13,431 nt of DNA from an uncultured Methanosarcinales archaeon (GTDB taxonomy: Archaea; Nanobdellota; Nanobdellia; Woesearchaeales; CAZYIM01): contig CAZYIM010000053.1 of the NCBI GenBank assembly GCA_964647565.1, positions 1-13,431 on the forward strand, in the 5' to 3' direction. The translations under genes were made by a program, and so were the position numbers. Shown here one piece after another: positions 7,485-13,431 of the stretch (the first letter of the stretch is position 1; the number at the start of each line of letters is the position of its first letter). Under the pieces are notes generated by a model, which searched no databases, was not told the origin of the DNA, and saw only the letters and a list, made by a program, of their open reading frames with translations.

Positions 7485-8080
7485 TTTCTTATGTATTCCT
7501 TACCTTTTTTTTGGATCTTTTTCTCTTTGATCATTGCATCAAATACAGGTGAAAGCTCTTTTTGAGGTATGCCAACACTTTTGCAGATATCTTTTGTTGT
7601 TCTAATATTGTTATCAATACAAATGAGAACTGAGTTCCTAACAAGCACGTTGATATTTTGCAGCATAAGTTGGTTCTGTAGGGTGGATTGTTTGGATAAT
7701 GTAGCTATTTCATGCAATTTTGCCAGTAGATCATTTATACTCGTAGTTAAAATCCTGGGTTCGAAAGTTATCTTGGCAGGTTCAGTAATCTCGACTGAAG
7801 CAGGCATGAAGTTCAGGCAAAGCCAGTGAAGCTTTTGCAGACCTTTTGCAAGCAAATCTACATCACATATAGAACTGAATAGTCTTGGGTCATCTTCAGT
7901 CGGTTCTGTTTTTGCAAAGTTCTTATTGATGATCTCAATACCAGGATCTGTACCGATATGTTCGATATAGCCCTTTATTGTTGATTCCACATGTTCAACA
8001 GGGTTGCCAATTATCTCGAATATTAAATCTGCCCTGATATAGCCTTGTTCCACCTTTTTCTTAATTTCGTTTTTGTCCAA
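7481..8080 (-). CDS. Hypothetical protein (199 aa): alpha/beta N-terminal domain, coiled coil, probable C-terminal winged helix
   Basis: TTG start with AGGTG (8090-8086) upstream, and ATGA overlap with scpB. Contains FEIIGNPVEHVE and FMPASVEITEP. The C-terminal TTKDICKSVGIPQKELSPVFDAMIKEKKIQKKGKEY has a wHTH pattern. Confidence 0.85.
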   Translation of the reverse strand: MDKNEIKKKVEQGYIRADLIFEIIGNPVEHVESTIKGYIEHIGTDPGIEIINKNFAKTEPTEDDPRLFSSICDVDLLAKGLQKLHWLCLNFMPASVEITEPAKITFEPRILTTSINDLLAKLHEIATLSKQSTLQNQLMLQNINVLVRNSVLICIDNNIRTTKDICKSVGIPQKELSPVFDAMIKEKKIQKKGKEYIRK

Positions 8081-8081
8081 T

Positions 8082-9392
8082 CTAACACCTTTTTATTTTT
8101 ATGATAATTACTAACAGTAATATAAACATTATGAGGTAACTTAAATATTTTTTTACTTTTTCATTCTTACTTTCATAGATGATGTTGCTAGTGATTAAGG
8201 ATGCATTAACCATGTTTTGTGGGTTTTCATGTTCAACGTCTCTGGATTCTTGTTCAATTGAGCAATTACAAGAGGGTATTTGCTGTTGAGACGTGTCTTT
8301 TTGTTCACATTCTGGAATTGGCGGACAATTCTTCTCAACAACTTTGTTTTTAGGACAGACTCCTTTTTTTATACCTTCTAATCTTACCTTTTCTTTATCA
8401 CGTTCACCTAAACCCTCAACTATCAGGGTATAACTCCCATTTTCAAGCTTATGATCGCAGTTAGGTTTAGTGGAGACTGGCAAATAGAGTTCAGACTCAC
8501 TATATTTATACTCTGCATAGAACGTTATCTGTTCAGAAGCCTTTTTATTGTCTTTTTCAAGCCAAGCTTTGATTGCTTTTTTCGTGGTATCTCCCTTATA
8601 TATGAATAATTTTACCTTCAATAACTCGCCAAACTTGATTATTTTTTTATTTATTTTTTCAATCTTAATTTCAGACTCGCTCTCTTGATGTTTAATCACG
8701 ATGAATCTTTTGTTTGATGTTGTTCTATTGGCGGTATTATTACAGCCTATGAATGCTAGACGATTATTGATAACCAGGACCTTATCACTTTCTGTAATCT
8801 TTGGTGTGTAACTTTTCTGGTTTAGATTTGAAGTGTTTACAGACTTCTTTAAAACCCTACCATGAAGGTCCTCAATCCAATATTCGATTACAAAGGGAAA
8901 TGTGTTGTTGTTCAGAAGATTCTTAAACTTGATCTTTTCTTGGCTTTCATAGATTCGGTTTTCTATTGAGATATTGATTGAAACATTACAGACCACGCTG
9001 TTGGAGTCAATAACCGAAATGTTCTTGCATATCCTGTTATTTTCTGTGTAGTTGTCTTCAAGAGTATTGCGTATAATTTTTCCACAAACAAGATAATATC
9101 CTGCCTTTTCAAAAAAGATATCGCCTGTATTTGCATATGAATATTTCTTGACTGTTTTGTCAAATGTTTCTTCTTTGAAAAAATCTTTTTTTGAGATGTT
9201 ATAATAGCCGGTTATATTTGCAATAACTCCTTCAGTGTAATCTAAATTTTCAACTCTGAAAAGTCGGGTATACTCTTTACCTGTATAACATTGGTCTGGT
9301 AAAATTGATTTGATTGTGAAATCATAGGATTGGTTGGATGCAAAGCAAAAAGGAATTGTCAAAATTAATAATATCATCAATATCCATCTCAT
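8082..9392 (-). CDS. Secreted, C-terminally anchored surface glycoprotein (436 aa)
   Basis: Signal peptide MRWILMILLILTIPFCFA, beta-rich body with multiple Cys, about 14 NxS/T sequons, C-terminal TM YLSYLIMFILLLVIII followed by KIKR. TATA-like TTATTAAA at 9421-9414. Confidence 0.85.
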   Translation of the reverse strand: MRWILMILLILTIPFCFASNQSYDFTIKSILPDQCYTGKEYTRLFRVENLDYTEGVIANITGYYNISKKDFFKEETFDKTVKKYSYANTGDIFFEKAGYYLVCGKIIRNTLEDNYTENNRICKNISVIDSNSVVCNVSINISIENRIYESQEKIKFKNLLNNNTFPFVIEYWIEDLHGRVLKKSVNTSNLNQKSYTPKITESDKVLVINNRLAFIGCNNTANRTTSNKRFIVIKHQESESEIKIEKINKKIIKFGELLKVKLFIYKGDTTKKAIKAWLEKDNKKASEQITFYAEYKYSESELYLPVSTKPNCDHKLENGSYTLIVEGLGERDKEKVRLEGIKKGVCPKNKVVEKNCPPIPECEQKDTSQQQIPSCNCSIEQESRDVEHENPQNMVNASLITSNIIYESKNEKVKKYLSYLIMFILLLVIIIKIKRC

Positions 9393-9461
9393 TAAAGAAC
9401 TCTATTGTTTCCATTTAATAATGTTTAACAAGAAATAATCGGAAGATTTTCGTAATCAATT

Positions 9462-10313
9462 TTATTTCATCACTATATAGAAGACTTCCCCGGGTATCTC
9501 AAAACTCTCAAGGTTCCATCCTTTTCTGTTCACCATCTTCAAAAACCAAGCCCTTGAGCTGATCCTGATCTTCTTTCTACCACCAATGCTTTGGGTTGGA
9601 AAGGAAACAACTATATATTTACAAGGTAAGCCATCTATCAGCTTTTCTGAGATATTCTTCTTTAAGCTTTCCAGCGAATCAAGCACCTTAAACAGAAAAC
9701 ATACATCTGCATCAAGATATTTAGTGAATTTAGTCTGGTGAAACTGGGTTAGATCAAATGTAAAGGAAATTCCCTTGATTTTTAGCTTCCTGAAAAATTC
9801 TTGAATAAATTCACAATCTTTAGCATTTAAATCCGATGCTACATATAAGGGTTGGTTAGGTAGATACGAATATGCAAAAGGATTCAATCCACAACCCAGA
9901 TCAAGTATTTTTTTGGCTTTTGGGATTAATGAGAATAGTTGATCATAGACCTCTTCATAGTATGGCATTCGCTCTTTAGTTGATTTGTGCAATAACAGCA
10001 GCTCATCAAGAAATTTCTGCTGTTTAGTCTTAAAATACTTTTCAACTAATTCCTGCTTCTTCTCATAACCTGGAAGAATAAAAATACCATATATCTCTCG
10101 AAGAATAGATCGTGTTTGCTTTAAGATGCTCTTAAATTCCTTGCTCTTTTTAAACTCTTTAAAATTATTTGAAACCTCAATTTTTTTTCTTATTTTTTTA
10201 TTAGCTTCAATGACCTTATTGACTATGTGTTCAACAAAGTCAATTTCAAGATTAACTAATTCCTTTTTGGAGATTACTTCTTTTGATATTAGTTTAGTTA
10301 GTTGCTCTGCCAT
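9462..10313 (-). CDS. SAM-dependent methyltransferase of the FmrO/Sgm/ArmA/Rmt 16S rRNA m7G1405 family (homologue; activity unproven)
   Basis: Ordered family motifs: TRSILREIYGIF, LLLHKSTKER (HxSTxER), ILDLGCGLNPF, YVASDL, DVCFLFKVLDSLE, VVSFPTQSIGG. 283 aa. Confidence 0.85.
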   Translation of the reverse strand: MAEQLTKLISKEVISKKELVNLEIDFVEHIVNKVIEANKKIRKKIEVSNNFKEFKKSKEFKSILKQTRSILREIYGIFILPGYEKKQELVEKYFKTKQQKFLDELLLLHKSTKERMPYYEEVYDQLFSLIPKAKKILDLGCGLNPFAYSYLPNQPLYVASDLNAKDCEFIQEFFRKLKIKGISFTFDLTQFHQTKFTKYLDADVCFLFKVLDSLESLKKNISEKLIDGLPCKYIVVSFPTQSIGGRKKIRISSRAWFLKMVNRKGWNLESFEIPGEVFYIVMK

Positions 10314-11344
10314 CTTAGAATTCCGGCAATACCACCCAGGCCATCCAGTTTTTTTGCGGCGTCTTCAGAGCTTATTATGTGGATTTTGCCTTTCATGCTT
10401 TCACAAAGCTTCATCAATGCATCAATCTTTTCAAAATTCTCCTCTTTTCTTGCTTTTATCATCAGGTTATCTGAAATCAAGATATCCTTTACAGCACCTT
10501 GTTCAACCTTTTCTTGACACTCTTTTATACCGTAGCATGCGCTGCTTTTGGATATGTGTTCTAAAAGTTTGTCAACCAGCTTCAGCTCTTTTGCAACCCT
10601 GTCTTTCTCAAGCACAGTTTTTAATTCAGGCCGTTTCATGACCTCATCAATATTGCTTTCATTCACATCTGAGCAGGTGCTAAGAGTTATTTTTTTCTTT
10701 ATTTCTGCAGAAAGCTCTTTGATTAGATATTCTTTCCAAAAGCCAGGGCTTGCTACAATGATATTTTCCAGCTTATATCTCTTATCATACTCTTCTATTT
10801 GTTTTGCCAACGCCTTGTAAAAATTAGCTTTCTTTTCCCCTTCTAGTCCTTTTTTTGCAACATCCCCCTTTATTTTTGTCAACACTTCGTACTCTCTATT
10901 TTTTATCATTGCAAAAATACTTTCTTCTCTGTCAAATATGATCAAAAGAATCTTGATGACCAGGTTTTTGGTAGCTTCCTCAAGCTTTTCAAGCTGGTAT
11001 GAATACCATTTTGCTTTTTCAATTTTTAGGATTGTGTTGACATCAACATTAAAGGTGTGGTGGGCGCCGTGAGCTACATCCTCGGGACCTTCCATAACTA
11101 AGCCAGATACCCTAAGAACGTCAGAGTACTTATGAAACTCAACTCTTTCAATCCTTAATTTCAAGAAAACAGATTTTCTGACCACCTTCTGGTTTTCATC
11201 AGATCCTATCTTGATCTTTCTTTCAGTCTTGGAACTAACTAAATCTCCCCCATCTATGATGTGACTCAAGTACCAGAGATCTTCTTGGTTTGTGATCTGA
11301 ATCTTGAGCTCTCCTTTTTTTATATCCTTATGAATTATCTTCAT
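10298..11344 (-). CDS. pelA: mRNA surveillance / ribosome rescue protein pelota (aPelota, Dom34 homologue)
   Basis: EDLWYLSHII..GD, LRVSG, GAHHTFNV, ASPGF, C-terminal KLDGLGGIAGILR. Three-domain eRF1-like layout without GGQ or NIKS. Confidence 0.96.
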   Translation of the reverse strand: MKIIHKDIKKGELKIQITNQEDLWYLSHIIDGGDLVSSKTERKIKIGSDENQKVVRKSVFLKLRIERVEFHKYSDVLRVSGLVMEGPEDVAHGAHHTFNVDVNTILKIEKAKWYSYQLEKLEEATKNLVIKILLIIFDREESIFAMIKNREYEVLTKIKGDVAKKGLEGEKKANFYKALAKQIEEYDKRYKLENIIVASPGFWKEYLIKELSAEIKKKITLSTCSDVNESNIDEVMKRPELKTVLEKDRVAKELKLVDKLLEHISKSSACYGIKECQEKVEQGAVKDILISDNLMIKARKEENFEKIDALMKLCESMKGKIHIISSEDAAKKLDGLGGIAGILRWQSN

Positions 11345-11366
11345 ATTAGATCGTATAGAAAGCAGG

Positions 11367-11439
11367 TTTTTAAAGTTTTTAGTTTTAGAATCTTGAAATC
11401 AGTATGTTTTTTCTCTGGTGAAACCAATAAATTTATAAA
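11367..11439. promoter_or_regulatory. Divergent TATA promoters for pelA (minus) and the pilin-like gene (plus)
   Basis: Minus TTTAAAAA at 11374-11367 (23-30 nt before ATG 11344). Plus TTTATAAA at 11432-11439 (26-33 nt before ATG 11465). Each has an A-rich BRE-like run upstream. Confidence 0.6.
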
Positions 11440-11464
11440 CTACTTTTTTAATAATTTCTTTATC

Positions 11465-13156
11465 ATGCGCAAGAGGAAAGGCCAGAGCGCAGGGAATGCG
11501 GCAGTTTTAGTGTTATTGATAGCAATAATGATTATTATGTTCATACTATTTCTTCGACCAGAAGATAGAGCAGCGATTCTAGATGAACCTCCTACAGACG
11601 GTTTTGGAGGTGGTGGCACGTCAGGTGATGACGAGAATCTTACCCTACTTGAAGAACCTGTGGGTAGGTTGGACTATATTAACTTTAATAAAAAGGAACA
11701 TGAACTTCCCTCATTTCGTATATTCACCAATACCGCTGCATCTGAGTTCAGGAGACTGGATTATGTCTATGTAAAATCTGCTGCTTTTGAGAAAAAAGCT
11801 AAGAACGTAAGTTTCGAAATAAGGCGGCCGGAAAATGTACAGAACATGAAACTGTCGTTTAATGTAGCAGATGCCAATGGCGCATTGATTATTCTTCTTA
11901 ATGGGCGAGAGATATTTTATTCAGATCTTCCTGAAGGAAGTCCTGCACCAATAGAATTGCCTACTTCTTTGCTTATGAAAGATAATGTGCTGACCTTTAA
12001 GGTCTCTAGTCCCGGATGGCAGTTTTGGAGAGTGAATGTTTATTCCCTAAGAAACCTGCAGGTGCTGGGTGATGTTACAGACCTTTCTGGAAGCGAGGCA
12101 ACACAGTACTTTACAATATCTGAAATGGAGAATGCTAATATTGATACCGCAACACTGTTCTTTTATCCCGGATGTCAGATTAATGATGTTGGCAAGTTGA
12201 CCATCAAGTTGAATGGCCGACAAGTTTACTCATCTGTAGCAGACTGTGGAATCATGAATCATGTTGAGCTCGATACTTCAGACATCTTTGAAGGATCGAA
12301 TAAACTTGAATTTGAGACTATCAAAGGATCATATTTGCTAGACCAAGTGCAAGTAAAAACCGAATTGAAATCCTTGGTTTACCCAGTCTATTATTTCACA
12401 ATGGAGGATAAGTATTTTGAGGGTGATCCTGAGGAGAGAGAAGAACTTTGCGGCTTAGCAGATGATGTATGCCCTGACAATTGTAATGGTGATGAAGACA
12501 AAGATTGCTGTTATGAAGAAAGCAGGGACAACTATTGGTGTGACATGGAGACCACAAATACTAATGATAGGTGCGTTGAATATGTTGATTCACAATACTG
12601 CTTTAGATGTCTTTCGGGATATGAAGATTACAGTGGTGATGCTGCTGAGACTTGTGAAGGTCTCTGTGGCGATGATAATGATGATTTATGTCCTGTAAGC
12701 TGTTCAGGATTATATCAGGGCGGAATATATTATGATAAAGATTGCTGTTATATATCATCGAATGAGGCCTTCTTTTGGTGTGATGATGTGCCTATTGCAG
12801 GTTTAAAGAGTGTTTGTGAAGAGGGAGTAAGCTCTTACGAGTGTGACGATTGTCCTAATGGATACAGAGATGGTGACGGTAGAAGGCCAACATGTAAGAA
12901 AAAAGAGACGGATCTTGAAAAAGAAGAAGAGCTCAAGAAAAAATATGATACCCTCCTCAAGATTAAGTTTGTTGACGAGGAAATCAAGAAGCTGGATGTG
13001 ATTGTTAACGGTTTCAAGGTCTATGTTGACACCAACCGTTTGGTATTCACCCAAAACATCGATGATTATGTTCGAACAGGCACAAACTCTATTGAGCTCA
13101 TTCCAAAATCAGACAATATCAACATCGCAGAACTGAATGTTGAGATTGAGGATTAG
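11465..13156 (+). CDS. Class III signal peptide (pilin-like N-terminus) surface protein with repeated beta-sandwich domains and a Cys/Asp-rich tandem insert (563 aa)
   Basis: Start re-called at ATG 11465: MRKRKG/QSAGNAAVLVLLIAIMIIMFILFL. Three L/V-N-G...N-x-L/I-x-F/L units. 20 Cys lie between residues 329 and 477. Confidence 0.85.
   Translation: MRKRKGQSAGNAAVLVLLIAIMIIMFILFLRPEDRAAILDEPPTDGFGGGGTSGDDENLTLLEEPVGRLDYINFNKKEHELPSFRIFTNTAASEFRRLDYVYVKSAAFEKKAKNVSFEIRRPENVQNMKLSFNVADANGALIILLNGREIFYSDLPEGSPAPIELPTSLLMKDNVLTFKVSSPGWQFWRVNVYSLRNLQVLGDVTDLSGSEATQYFTISEMENANIDTATLFFYPGCQINDVGKLTIKLNGRQVYSSVADCGIMNHVELDTSDIFEGSNKLEFETIKGSYLLDQVQVKTELKSLVYPVYYFTMEDKYFEGDPEEREELCGLADDVCPDNCNGDEDKDCCYEESRDNYWCDMETTNTNDRCVEYVDSQYCFRCLSGYEDYSGDAAETCEGLCGDDNDDLCPVSCSGLYQGGIYYDKDCCYISSNEAFFWCDDVPIAGLKSVCEEGVSSYECDDCPNGYRDGDGRRPTCKKKETDLEKEEELKKKYDTLLKIKFVDEEIKKLDVIVNGFKVYVDTNRLVFTQNIDDYVRTGTNSIELIPKSDNINIAELNVEIED
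12449..12895 (+). repeat. Two tandem 10-Cys protein repeats
   Basis: Copy 1 at 12449-12655 and copy 2 at 12665-12895 share CG..DD.CP..C.G...DKDCCY...WCD...C.E.V.S..C..C..GY.D..G....TC. Confidence 0.85.
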
Positions 13157-13218
13157 TTTCTTTTACAAAATGAGACAGAAGAGAGGTGAGGTTTTCTTAA
13201 ACCCCAAAAGGATTCATT

Positions 13219-13431
13219 ATGGTTAGTAATTATGCTCGTGAGAAGGAAATTCTAGCTGATCTTGATAGGTATCATACTGTTAAAGGCTCTTTTGTTGAGG
13301 AAACTCCTGACAAGTTAACTAACATGCTTACTGTTTTTGGAAAAAGAGGCCTTTCAGGGCCAGATACTACTCTTTTGCTTGAGCATTTGAAACTAACCTT
13401 TCCAAAACTTAATAAAGAAGGTTTTTTCAAC
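13219..13431 (+). CDS. 5' part of a hypothetical protein (partial, 71 codons, open to the window end)
   Basis: MVSNYAREKEILADLDRYHTVKGSFVEETPDKLTNMLTVFGKRGLSGPDTTLLLEHLKLTFPKLNKEGFFN with no stop. AGGA lies 6 nt upstream and TTCTTAAA at 13194-13201. Not in the supplied ORF track. Confidence 0.65.
   Translation, partial: MVSNYAREKEILADLDRYHTVKGSFVEETPDKLTNMLTVFGKRGLSGPDTTLLLEHLKLTFPKLNKEGFFN

Noticed and set aside
7481..8080. Calling the gene upstream of scpB scpA
   Set aside because: No recognisable kleisin N-terminal helical motif, and the N-terminal domain looks alpha/beta. Only position and a wHTH-like end are suggestive.
6585..10820. Plus-strand ORFs opposite scpB, the 199-aa gene, the methyltransferase and pelA, and minus ORF 8963-9163
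   Set aside because: Antisense or alternate-frame shadows, mostly Ser/Phe/Leu-rich, with no independent evidence.
11261..11464. 68-aa N-terminal extension of the large plus-strand ORF
   Set aside because: Overlaps pelA antisense and both promoters. ATG 11465 gives a proper signal peptide at the right distance from a TATA box.
12449..12895. Multiheme cytochrome or ferredoxin
   Set aside because: No CxxCH and no CxxCxxC motif; the predicted extracellular location and Asp richness favour disulfides.
13170..13226. 18-codon ORF MRQKRGEVFLNPKRIHYG resembling a class III signal start
   Set aside because: No hydrophobic segment follows and it stops at once; probably chance.

Overview
Archaeal chromosomal housekeeping region (archaeal-type uS2, RadB, pelota, TATA-box promoters). 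The combination of a bacterial-type gyrA, long acidic protein tails and class III signal-peptide surface proteins suggests a DPANN lineage such as Woesearchaeota (inference, not a database result). Gene order: 3' end of an acidic-tailed protein, thpR (2H phosphodiesterase), rps2 with a structured 5' leader, then on the minus strand radB, two hypothetical genes, gyrA without an adjacent gyrB, a tightly packed cluster (surface glycoprotein, wHTH-ended hypothetical, scpB, small Zn-ribbon), and a pelota gene overlapping an ArmA/Rmt/FmrO-like 16S rRNA methyltransferase. Divergently lie a pilin-like surface protein with a duplicated 10-Cys module and a truncated ORF. No mobile element, CRISPR array, tRNA or rRNA was seen. 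The most interesting signals are the pelota plus decoding-centre-methyltransferase two-gene unit, the candidate uS2 leader RNA, the Cys-rich tandem insert, the scpB cluster lacking smc/scpA, and an inverted/direct repeat next to the gyrA promoter.
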